Shown in pieces: positions 24,901-36,200 of a stretch of 64,000 bases of DNA. Source of the DNA: Marsupella aquatica (Eukaryota; Plantae; Marchantiophyta); the NCBI GenBank assembly GCA_973895155.1, contig OZ316897.1:4915976-4979975 (forward strand). Reading direction: 5' to 3'. A model generated the notes under the pieces. That model worked only from the letters and a program-made list of their open reading frames with translations. It had not been told where the DNA came from and searched no databases. The translations under genes were made by a program, and so were the position numbers. How positions within the stretch are numbered: position 1 is the first letter of the stretch; every line of letters begins with the position of its first letter.

Positions 24901-26577
24901 TACACCCGTCAAGAAAGGGAAGTCAATTGCTCCAGTAGATGCGGTCAGTACTAGAAAGAAGCAAAAAAGGGCAATTGAAGGTGGATCCTCCTCCGCTCGG
25001 GAAAGTGCGGCTCCAACGGGTGTTCAACGTGAAGTTGGTGACTTCAAAAACACTCTTTCAAGGCATTGCATGGTTGAGTCTAGCATCTCAGAATTCTATG
25101 ACACAACGTTCAACAAAGAGGAGAAGCCTGACTGGGTAAATGGTGTAGAGAAATGGGCAAAGGACCTCATGAAGTCGGGATATCGAGACAAGGGAATTGT
25201 CCGTGGGGGGAAGGAAAGATCCTTTGGAGTACACGCGGGATTCATTTACCTTCCTACGGGTCTGAAACCATCGCTGCTAGACAGAAAAGTCCCGAAATGG
25301 AATAACCCTGACCACACATTGGCAACATCATTCTTTCGTGGAATGGACCCATTTTTATCAGATGACGGAATGCTAGCAGTTTTGCATAATGGGGAGTACG
25401 ATCCTATGTCTCAGGTTATATCTGCATGTCAGGAATCAAAGAAGTTTCATTACATCTCCACACACAATGTTGTTATGTCGGTTCCTATGTACGCGCCGAA
25501 GACTGACCGATAGGTAAATTCCAAGACATGATCTCTGTTTTTTACACTCAAAAATGTGTATGAATGCAAGGAATGACATATCATTCTTGGTTTATCTCGC
25601 AGATATTCACGCTCAGGCTAGACATCTTTTGCCGAGTATCTCAGAAAGGGAAAGTACCCAAGGACTAGAGGTTTAGACCTCTGTCTGTTACAGAAGATCC
25701 CTCCATCACTAATTTAATTGGGCTTCCAACTCTCAATATAGATCCAACACCTGAGATGGAATTCGCAGGGAATGCCCGTTTGTCGGTTGGATTCATGCAG
25801 TCTGTGATAGAGCTCATCACTCAGCCTCGGGATATTTTCATAGATTGGGCAGTTGGTTCAGGTAGCTCTTTTGTAGCTGGAGACTATTCTGGGAGGTTTG
25901 TAATTGGACTGGAGAATCGGAAGGATTTCGTTGAAACTGGTTCCAAGGTGTTCTTAAATCTACTCTCTTCTAAGGAAGTAGAAACCTTGCCTCCCCCAAT
26001 TCAACCACCGGAAAAGAAAAAGAGGGACAAGCTCCGGTCTCTACTTAATTTTGACTCTGATGATGAGTCAAGTGGGGGGACAGCAGATGAAGTGGACGGG
26101 GAGACAACTCAGGGGGGTAAGGAGCAATCTGCTGGCGAGAGTGATAGCGATGACTCTTCCGAGTAATGTTCTGAAACTCGTAAGCTTCTTTCTCTTTTCC
26201 AACTCCTTCATGCATTTTGTGCTATTGATTGTATCTTTCAATCGGTTGTTGTACTTGGTTATCTACCCAGGTCCGAATGGAATACCAGAAAGCGCTTCTA
26301 ACTCAGAAGAAAAGTTGCACGTTTTGAAATGGATACACCAGAGAAACCATTTGTTTTGCTGTCTTACGCTGAGAACGTTGCGAGAAAGGAGGATAGTCAA
26401 AGGACTCCATGCTGGGAAAACAAAGGTCTCCGCCTTCGAAGAGGAGTTGACAGAAAGTTTGTTAGAAACCCGTATGTAGACGACGTTTCTAAGAGCAAGT
26501 ATGTCGATGACAAAGCAGTATCTACGGACAGATCACAAAGCTCTGAATTGGAATCTCAATCAGAAATAGATAATTGA
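21991..26577 (+). pseudogene. Intron-containing gene: ParB/sulfiredoxin-like N-terminal domain + beta-class N4C/N6A DNA methyltransferase-like C-terminal domain
   Basis: RIPLCRL|VHMEVVR...FSVFDGNHRL (ParB/Srx signature). FIYLPTG..W...LSDDGMLAV...IELITQPRDIFIDWAVGSGSSFVA...GRFVIGLE (beta-MTase motif order). Candidate GT-AG introns ~23177-23271, ~24604-24806, ~25514-25602. Several in-frame stops. Confidence 0.7.
22443..22750. mobile_element. 308-bp Mutator-type MITE
   Basis: 9-bp TSD TCGGTTGGT (22434-22442, 22751-22759); G...C ends; TIR core CACCGTGCCAGGAAA. Removing it with one TSD copy restores the host reading frame. Confidence 0.9.
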
Positions 26578-27009
26578 TGTACATTTCTTTTCCAGCTTTT
26601 ACTAGCGCCGGGTGCTGTTATGAAAGGACATATATTTCATTTCATATGCTCATAATAAAATTCTAAAAACCACTTGTTGTCTTCAGTAGCGCCGGGCGCT
26701 GTTATCGAGATACATGTATTTCTTGTATAAAAGGTTTTAAATTGGTCTCTTCCTTTAGTAGCGCAGGGCGCTCCCCAAATGTGCACGGTTTTCTTCGAAC
26801 ATTTACATCATAATATCGTTCATGCGTTCTGTTGCCATCTTGTCGCCATTCGTATATTGTCGTTACGTAATTAAGTCGGGTCTATTTCAAAATAATCATA
26901 TCGCGATTGGACTGTTTACTCACCGGTCCTCTGCCTGTTGAAGCTCGCATGTTATGGGTGTCCACCGATCACCGTCCTTTGGTAGTCACTATATCAACCT
27001 TTTGGAGTC

Positions 27010-27172
27010 ACTAGGTCGATAAAGGTGCTGACCTTGTCGATAAAGGTGCGGACATTGTCGATCTTGTTGCGCACTTTAAGGCAAGGTGAGAACGTTGTCA
27101 AGCTGGTTGCGGACCTTAAGGCCAGGTGCGGACATTGTCGAGCTGCGTGTGGACGTTGTCGAGCTGGGTGCG
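27010..27172. repeat. Degenerate 21-bp tandem repeat (TGTCGA...GGTGCGGACAT)
   Basis: GTCGA / GTGCGGAC recurs with ~21-nt spacing over ~160 bp. Confidence 0.65.
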
Positions 27173-28989
27173 ACCACATGGAGAGGAAGGAACCAATGTC
27201 GTTGGACGAGATGCTTGCTTTCTTCAGTCCTTCCCGAGTTCAACCGATGGAGAGCCACTTCAGCTCCTTCAAATCAGTTCGTGTTGACACTGAGACCGAG
27301 ACATCGACTTTTCAAAACCATAATTCTCTTCCTTATGACAAGGCGATTAGTCCTGGGGAGAGAAATATTACGTGGACTGGCGACCAACAGACTCCACGCG
27401 AATTTGCGGATCGGTTCTCATTTCATCAAGTCATTCCTGCTGATGGTCAGCAGCCCATTTAACATCGGGTGCAAGAGCGATTGGGGCGCATCCACTTCCT
27501 TGATGCAAATTTTCCGGGCCCCAGCCAAGCTCATGCTGAGCATCGAGTTCCCTCTTCAAATTATATTTGGCTCAGGGGTTTAGGATTCAAGAGAAACTAC
27601 AAGCGAGCGAGGGCGGGAGTCGATGATGACTGTCAATCACAGAGCTAAAGGTGTTCCAATCGCAGGCGCTTAGGTTATTTTGGAGTGCATCCCTATGGTG
27701 ATTAGGTTTCTAGGTAGAGATATTTACGCTAGCGCCGAGCGCCGAGTACTGAATGTTTTGTTAGGATTTGATCATCTGGGTAATCTGTTTTCGCCCATTT
27801 TGATAGGAAATGCTTTTTGGATCGACCCATTTTCCTCTCCATGGCGTTACACATGGAAGGGCGGGATGATTTGTAGTTTTAAGCTAGCGCCGAGCGCTAC
27901 TTATACAAATTGATTTTTGTCGCCCATGTAATCTCGGTGATATGTTTTTGCCCATTTTTGAAGTAAATGAATTTTGGATCGGCTCAATCTCTAATGTCTG
28001 GTTTTCCTCTTGATGCCGTTAAACATGGATTTTAGGATTTTGAGGTTTAAGCTAGCAACGAGATCCGGATATTGTTGTTGTATGACCCTGCCTTTGTTGA
28101 TTTGAATTGCCTCATTTTCAGCCGCTCATTGTCTTCTTGATTGGGGTTACTTAGATTTTTGTTGACGTTTCCCTTCTTCTATGAAACCCTACAACCTTTC
28201 CATTCGCTTCATTGATACCAGCGCTGGGCGCTGGTAATCATCGCAAATTTGGGTCGGACTACCCGACGGGATATTTCCTCAGGAATGAGACCTTTTTAAT
28301 GAAAATGACTCAAATGGGCTTTAATTTTGATTGTTTGGAATCCTTTTTTTGGTCCGATGTTTTCGGTTTTTACCTCCAATTCTCCTGGTAACAATAACTG
28401 TTTCTTGTTACTGTTTCTTGGTTCCTGTCTTTTGTAAATACCCCCTTGTAACCCTCGCACATGTTGAGCTCATGGCCAAGGAATGAGATTGGAGCCATCC
28501 AAATGACCATGGAGGTCCTAGAGTTGGTGGCAACAGCCACCCAAGGGAATTTAGTTGGCGTCAATTGCAGAACTCGACTACCTTAACACTTAGCTCCAGT
28601 CTTGCTGACTCCGACGCCGAGCTCCCTTATGGTCCAGGCCCGGATAGGCTAGCCGGGGAGGACTTAGCATGGGGAGACCTGTGGGCAATGAGACGTGGCA
28701 CTAGCGAAGGCAAGGAGCCAAGCTGGTGACGCACACTAAGGACTTAGGCTAGCTGACAGCTGGTCGGGTCAAGGGGAAAAGGGGTTGGGCTCAAGGTCGA
28801 CCATTTGGACCCCCGGACAGACTTTGAGTTCTGAGGGCTTGACTGTGAGCTCCTCTTGGGCTCACAGCCAATGGAGTTGACGTCATGGGCAACGGACGCT
28901 TGGGGCGCAAGTTATGGACCGATTGGGGACCTCAAGCGGCAATGAGATCTGAGGGCCTAGGCATGAGCACTGGGTCGGCCTGATCACAA

Positions 28990-30030
28990 CAGGCTAAGGC
29001 ACTCCGCTTGCAGACGCCTAACGAGAAAGTTATGAGCATTGCCAGTTAGTGGCGCGCCCAGTATGCGCGATAAGATCCGGGTTGGAGGCCAAAAGTTTAG
29101 GGACCAAAGTTGGTCTGAGGGTGGCAAGGTCTTGAGAAGCATATATGAGGGGAGTGGTGTCTCCCTGGGGGCCAAGGGCGAGCCGGAGTCGTGAGCAGCC
29201 GCGGTCGCAACACTAAGGAAAAGCGCAAAACGGAAATGACAATATTTTCCCAACGGGAAGTCAGTTGGAGGACTTATTGGGTGCATTGGAAAGCTCTCAA
29301 GGAGGGCTACGTCCTCCCAAGGTCATCTGGGTCTGGGGGTGCCATGGGTTTTTGAGGTTTGTGGGTGTTAGCTTGCCCGCTTGCCAAATCCTGTCAAACA
29401 ATAACCAAGCCATGTTCAGTCTCCCAAGCTTGCGTTGGGGAGGCAAGGCCAAGTATACGTGGAGGTTGAGTTCCAAGGGTGATTGGCCCTAGACCATGAG
29501 TGGGGTGAGAACCGGGAGTTGGTTGCTAGAGTCGGGACATTCGGGTCCCGGCGTGTCGGGGCAAGCTTTAGGACAAGCTACGCTATTTGGGCCATGAGCA
29601 TGTCCTGGGGTCAGGGCGGTTAGTTGGTGATGGATAGGTACAAGGGGGAACCCGGGCTGCTTCCAAGGAAGGAGCTATTCTAGACAAACAATGGGCGTGG
29701 GTTCTAGTTCCGGCTTATGGCATCAGGATGACCTATCGTTGACCTATTTACCAATGTTTGTTGAGCTTGAGTTAGGATGCTAGACTTGGCAAATTCTAGA
29801 TCCTGAAGGGTTACTTACCAAGGCGCTTGGTTGCTTGTGCAAACAGTGAGGACCATTGAGTAGCGGTCGTGTTGGAGAGCAAGTGCGGCTTCATATGGGA
29901 GGGGCCATGGGTTGGTGCAAGGGGCACTAAGTTGCTTGCTCGAGGTATTCCGTGGAGGTGTTCGGGCACAAGGGGCACTTAGGCGTGGGTGCCAGTATTG
30001 GTGAGGGCGCTGGGTGGCAAGGTCCGCCAC
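28990..30030. repeat. Dispersed non-coding repeat, copy 1 (related to 45180-46205)
   Basis: Collinear shared blocks GGCTAAGGCACTCC, AGAAGCATATATGAG, TTGCCAAATCCTG, GGGTTACTTACCAAGG, GAGGACCATTGAG. Confidence 0.75.
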
Positions 30031-30670
30031 TGCATCTCAGATCAACGAGATGCCTGGAGTCCTCACTTCTTTTCTTCCAACCCATGACACACAAATAAGT
30101 ATAGGGTTTTTTATTGGGTTTAGTGAAATACTTTTAAATTTTTGTTGAAGAACATTAGGGTTATTTTCCTTTAAACATGTTTAGAATTTTTATAACTTTT
30201 GTGGGCCACGCAAACCCCATGGCCGGGGGGAAACAAATAGAAAAGTCACCACCAATACCAGCACAACAGATCCCAGCCCAGCACACACAACTGCTATTCG
30301 CTTACCAGCAGCACAGGTAGCATGTATTCCTACCAGCCATCCGGCACCAAAGACCATCCTAACAACCTTAACAAACTTATTCTACTGCAATCCATCCACC
30401 TAGCCAGCCTACTACCCTTCCATCAGTCATTCCTACACTATCCTGATGTGATCCAGCAGTCTCTACGCCTCAACCAAGTGAGCCGCTCCTGCATTGATAA
30501 TCTCTTTCACTCTCAGCAGCTACCGGTAGCATCTGCTATTCCGGCAGTGCAAGCCCGACCACAGTGACATGGTCCACCGCCTCCGAGAGAGTGAATCGCA
30601 TATCAAACCTCCGGGCCCCGCTCATCACAAACATATGCTCATTTCGACCCAACCAGATCATCCACAATAT

Positions 30671-32688
30671 CTAGTATAAGACAATCATTTTAACTATCTT
30701 CCTATATTCCTTACCCACAGCAGAATTTATCATCCCAAGCAGCCCCCCAGAATAATCTGCAAATATGCCCTCAAAGCTTTGTGCACAGAGCTGCCAACAG
30801 CGCTGTGCATGTTGACAAGTCATGAACAAGTGTGAAATAGTCTCCAGTGTTCCAGGACATAGCTTGCACTCTCCATTTCCTTTACCAATTTTGACCGCCC
30901 TAACCCCGGTGAAGAGCCCCGATGCTACTACTCGCCACATAAATATCTTAGCCCTCATTGACAAGTCCGATCCCCACAGCCCCGCCCACCTTCCCCTCCA
31001 TTCGTCGCCCGTGCTTGCTATTCCCCATGTCCTATTTAAACTCTATAAATTTCTCACCTCCTCTCGCAACATCTGATATGCTCTCTTATTTTATACTCTG
31101 AACCTCTTGAGAGCAGTAGGGTTGTCAGCCCAACACCAGCTCTCTGGCCCAGGCTCCAACCCCCACTCACAACTGGGGATGTCAGCTAACAGCCCAATGA
31201 ATCTGCATCCAAGTGTTAAGTGTTCCTTTGAGAATCCACGTAGATGTAACCACCGTCCTGCCAGCCCTCGCCATCCATTCCTTTCACTTGACCATAAATC
31301 TTGCGTGCTCCTGATACCCAGTCTTCCACAAAGGACTGTCACTGCTTCCCTGTTGCCACTGCTCCACGCTTGCGTTCCCTTTAAACATCGGAGCACATCA
31401 CAAATCGACCATCTACCAGGTATCCGCTCAGAGGGACAAAAAATCAGGTTGGCTTGCAGCAGTTCCCAGGGCTTCCAGAGATCCCTTGTATATGCCATTC
31501 CGTGGAGTCCCTCGGGACAGCCAAGTACCATTTTGTCCCGGAAGGTATACCCATTCCTCCGCATCTCTTTATAGTTAGTCCATCCAATCCTATTCAGATT
31601 TTCAGCAAACATTCTAGCCCATTCCGTATCCAGGTAGTCCATTGCACAGGTAAACCATTTTGATAACAGCGCATCCGAGTGACCGCAGAAATCTTTAAAC
31701 CCCAGTCCGCCATCCAACTTGAGACGTGAGAGATGTGCCCAGGAAACCAGCGGAACTTGCTTGCCCCCGTCCTTGTTATGACCCCATAAAAAATCCCTGC
31801 ACAGTGCAGTCATTTTCCTAGCCAAACCAGCAGACGCCTTTAGGAACATTGTATGATAAATGGGAATTGCTTGAAGTATGTGCCTAATCAAAAGCGAGCG
31901 TCCTGTAAAGGTAAGCATTTTGTTCGACCAAGAAGATAACCTCTTCCCAATTTTATCCAGACAAAAGCTATGCAGTTGTTCCGTTTTCAGGTCCACCCCC
32001 AAAGGAGCACCCAGATATTTCTGTAGCTCTCCTTTCTTGCTAATCACACATCCAATCTCTTGTAACCATGCTGGAATACTCAACAGTGCTAGCGGGATGA
32101 CTATTGATTTACGCAAATTCAGTCTGGCCCCCGTGGCCAATTCATAGCACTGTATCACTGCTGTTGCTTTCAAGAAACTCCTCTGCTTAGCCGGAATGAA
32201 CATCCCCAAGTCATCAGCAAAGAACCTATAGCATATCCTCAAGTCCGCTGAGACTTGAATGCCATCTAAACGCCCTGTCCATCTCAGCATCCATAAAATC
32301 CATTAAAGGCTGAGTTGATATCACAAATAAAAGAGGTGAAAGAGGGCAACCCTGCCTAACACCCCTCGACAGTCCAATCTCAGAGGAAAGCAACCCATTC
32401 ACGTAAATCCTTGAGGATGCCTGTTGTAATAGCGCCTTGACTAGTTTTATGAACGTTCCGCTTATCCCCAACAAGTGCATAGTTTCCCATATATAGCTCT
32501 GATCCACTCTGTCAAACGCTTTCTCAAAATCTAGCTTAAGGAAAAGTGATTCAACCTTCCTATTTTTCACCCAGTCAAACATTAGCCAAGCCAGCAAAAT
32601 GTTCTCCAGTATATTTCTTCCTAGAATGAAACCTGTTTGTTGAGAACCAATAACCTTCGGTAGGATTTGAATTAGCCTTAATAACTTT
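30671..32688 (-). pseudogene. LINE ORF2 C-terminal half (RT + zf-RVT-like)
   Basis: LDFEKAFD, GVRQGCPLSPLLF, FADD, KYLG, C-x2-C...ETISHLF..C. Confidence 0.92.
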
Positions 32689-32693
32689 GCAAT

Positions 32694-32834
32694 TGTTGTA
32701 AACCATAGTTTACATATAACCCTAAGCTAAGGTTACCTTTAACCTTAGACCATGTAACCTCATGGCTATATAAAGCCACACCTTAATGAAGAGTGGACAC
32801 ATTATTCCAAGCATTGGTATCCCAACTCTTAACA
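32694..32834 (+). repeat. Copia 5' LTR
   Basis: Identical to 38568-38708. Confidence 0.97.
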
Positions 32835-32848
32835 CGTTATCAGCACGA
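32835..32848 (+). promoter_or_regulatory. Primer-binding site complementary to the anticodon arm of tRNA-Ile (half-tRNA priming)
   Basis: CGTTATCAGCACGA; its reverse complement TCGTGCTGATAACG matches plant tRNA-Ile TCGTGCT(A/I)ATAACG as I recall it. Confidence 0.7.
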
Positions 32849-33291
32849 GTATGCTCTAGTCATTTTTTTTCTGAAATCAGTCTTTTGGTAATTCGATCAC
32901 CTCGATGTTTTCACGAGTAAAATACTCTTAAAAGGCACCTTTTTTTCTCCCTCCTCCCAATAACCGCCCAAACCGACCCCACCTTTTTTTTCCCCTCTCA
33001 GCGCTAGCACATCGCTATTTGGGCAATGTACAGGCGTTGAGAACATATAGAACACCTCACCAATTAGAATTACTCCATATCGCTTGTTTAGCCCAAAATT
33101 TTTCCCCATCAACTAGAAATCGCTACACATCCAATTGAGTGCAATTTAATACGAGACGCGCCATCGAAGATTCATCATACCGAAGACCAAGGATAGACAC
33201 ACGACAACCATAATTGGTATACCAATATCAAATCCCTGCAACCTCCATATTCAATTGTAACTAAACATTACAATCCCAAATTGTATTAAGA

Positions 33292-36200
33292 ATGAATACC
33301 ATAGAGAAATTACACTTCCGTGCATTAAAGGTAGAGAGATCGAACTACCTTACATGGATCACAGATGTCGAAACATATTTTGCATTTCAAGAACTCAAAG
33401 ATACACTATATAGAGATGCAAATCTAACCCTCAAACAAAAAGCTAAAGCCGCGTTTCTATTGAGGCAACACCTATCACCACAATTGAAGAACGAATATAT
33501 GAATGAGGTAAATCCCCGCAAGCTATGGGATCAACTCAAATCCAGATTTGACCACATGCGCGAAATATGGCTCCCAGAAGCACGCAGGGACTGGCACAAC
33601 CTGCGAGCCATGGACCACACAACAATTGCAAATTATAACAACGCCTTATTCCGAATCACATCTCAACTAGAAATGTGCGGCCACCCAGTAAACGATAACA
33701 ACCGCATTGATAAAACACTGTCAACATTCCCAGAAGCTAATATAGCCCTGGGAACCCAATACCAAAATATGAATTTTATGACCTACTCCGACCTCATTGC
33801 ACATTTATTAGTCGAAGAGAAACAACAAATTGTAGCCCTACATAACGCAAGAAAAAGACCAGCAGGATCAGAACCACCACCCAATCGACCCGAATCACAC
33901 TATGGAAATTACCAAGACGGGCGATGAGACAACACAAGAGGAAGAAAACCATTCAGGGGAGGCAGAGGAAAATTCAGGGGACAAGGGAGATACCCCTACC
34001 AGGGCAGAAACCCGCTCCCCACACAAAGAACTACCTGGAACTGTGGCACCAACAAAAGCAGGGGCACATGGCGAAACCCACAAAATCACCAACAAACGAT
34101 AATCAGAAACTATGCTACAGATGTGGTAAGATCGGCCACATCAGGAAGATATGCAGAGCATCTGACCAAGTGGCACAACGCTATACAAATGAACGCATAT
34201 TAACGAGACAAAACCCACAAGGCAACTATATGGAAATCGAAGAAAATATAGCGACATACCAAGATCCTGCAGACGCCCCAATTGAAACACATACTGCTAT
34301 CTCACACTTGTATACATCACCATTAACTGACCCCAATATATGCATTATTGATAGCGGAACGTCACATACAATACTGACACAAAGCAAATATTTTGACTTT
34401 ATCACCCTATCATCTAGACCGATGACAACTATCGCAGGCCCCAACCAAATAGAAGAAGGCAAAGGAAAAGCGCATATTATATTCCCAGGCGGGACCAAAA
34501 TTATGATAGCAGCAGCTATATACGCCCCTACAGCTACCAGAAACCTCATCAGCTTTCAGGATATCCGCGCGAATAATTATGAACTAAGAACAACAAAACA
34601 AGGCGAAACTGAAATCCTACAACTAATACAGAACAAGGAAGGATTACCACATATTATGGAGAACTTACCACTAATCCCACCTGGACTATATGCAGCTAAC
34701 ATACAATCATACCACATTGAAAAGGATACATCAGATATCACATATACCTGGCATTGCAGACTCGGCCACCCAGGCATTAATATGTACACCAGAATAATTA
34801 GGGACTCCAAAGGAATCCCACAGACGGGCCAAACCAAACGCCATGGCCCCACAGTGCATGGCCTGCTCACAGGGCAAGATGATAACACGCCCATCGATAC
34901 CAAAAACAGTCTACAGGATCCCCAACTTTTTGGAGCAGCTCAATGCAAATGTATGCGGCCCCATCGACCCTCCAAGCGGGCCATTCAAATATTTCCTGGT
35001 ACTCATCGACTCCTCCACAAAATGGCTACAAATTTCCTTACTCTCCACCCGTAATATGGTATTCGCAAGAATACTTGCGCATATCTTAAAATTAAAAGCT
35101 CAGTTCCCTGAGCACCCCACACGCATATTATGAGTTGACGGAGCAGGAGAATTTACATCCAAAGCCTTCGACGACTTCTGCTGGACAGCAGGTATTGATA
35201 CTCAGTACTCTATACCCCACGTACACTTTCAAAACGGAATAGCAGAATCCGTTATTAAAAGACTCCAAATGATTGCCAGACCACTGTTAATGCACTCAAA
35301 TTTACCATTATCAGCATGGGGCCACGCCATCCTCCACGCATCAACACTACTGAAATACAGACCTTCAGCATATAATTCGAAGACACCTTATCACCTAGCA
35401 TTCGGAATGCCCCCCGAATTATCACACCTACGCATATTCGGGTGCAAGGTCATGGTACCGACCTTAGGGCCTAAAAAGACCAAAATAGGACCCCAAAGAC
35501 ATCCAGGCATATATGTAGGATTCGATTCTACATCCATTATTCGATATCTGGAACCCACAACATCTGATCTATTCAAAGCTCGATATCAAGACTGCCACTT
35601 TTATGAAGACCAATTCCCTGCATTATCAAACGGATCAACTCTATATAACCAAAACCGCCAGAACTTAAACTGGCAAAACCAGACCCTCATCAACCAAGAC
35701 CCGAGAAGCAAGAGAGCAGATGAAGAAGTGAGGCGACTCATTCACCTCAATGAGATGTTAACAAAAATCCCAGACGCATTTAATGATGCTTCAAACGTGA
35801 CAAGGTCACATATTGAAGCATCAAACATACCTGCATGCGTGCAGATATCCAAGGATCTCGCCACAGAGACAGCCCCAAGAACAAAAAGGGGTAGACCACC
35901 AGGCGCAAAAGATGTACATCCACGGCAGCGAAAACCCACCTCAACGAAACCTGTCACCACACTAAGTACGGTACACCCAGACCTTACCCATACCCATATT
36001 ATGGACAATGAAGAGATATCCATTCAATATAACCATACGGGACAAATATACAACAGACATTCCATAGACATAAATACACAATTCGTATACCACATAGTAC
36101 AAGAAATAACCGGTGATACACCAGATCCACTTACCCTGAAGGAAGCCCAAAAGCGAGCAGATTGGCCGAAGTGGCAAGAAGCCATCAACACTGAGATGGA

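Larger units (their letters stand above)
21415..28233. repeat. Dispersed 15-bp palindrome TAGCGCCNGGCGCTA, ~15 copies
   Basis: Copies start at 21415, 21478, 21582, 21728, 21790, 22584, 23221, 24630, 24736, 26603, 26687, 26759, 27730, 27885, 28219. Confidence 0.88.
21162..28443 (+). mobile_element. Putative Mutator-like (MULE) element carrying a ParB-methyltransferase-like gene; no transposase recognised
   Basis: Left end GGCTATAACAGCGGTGACAGGAAATAGG and right end (rc) GGGTATTTACAAAAGACAGGAACC resemble the termini of the 9-bp-TSD MITE at 22443-22750. The shared palindromic motif occurs throughout. No TSD found. Confidence 0.55.

Noticed and set aside
27025-27462. CxxC zinc-finger or thioredoxin protein (CGHC, CGRC)
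   Set aside because: The cysteines arise from one reading frame of the 21-bp tandem repeat; no supporting fold motifs.
21153-28452. Target-site duplication around the Mutator-like element
   Set aside because: The flanks ACCATTCAC and CCTTGTAAC do not match, so the boundaries remain provisional.
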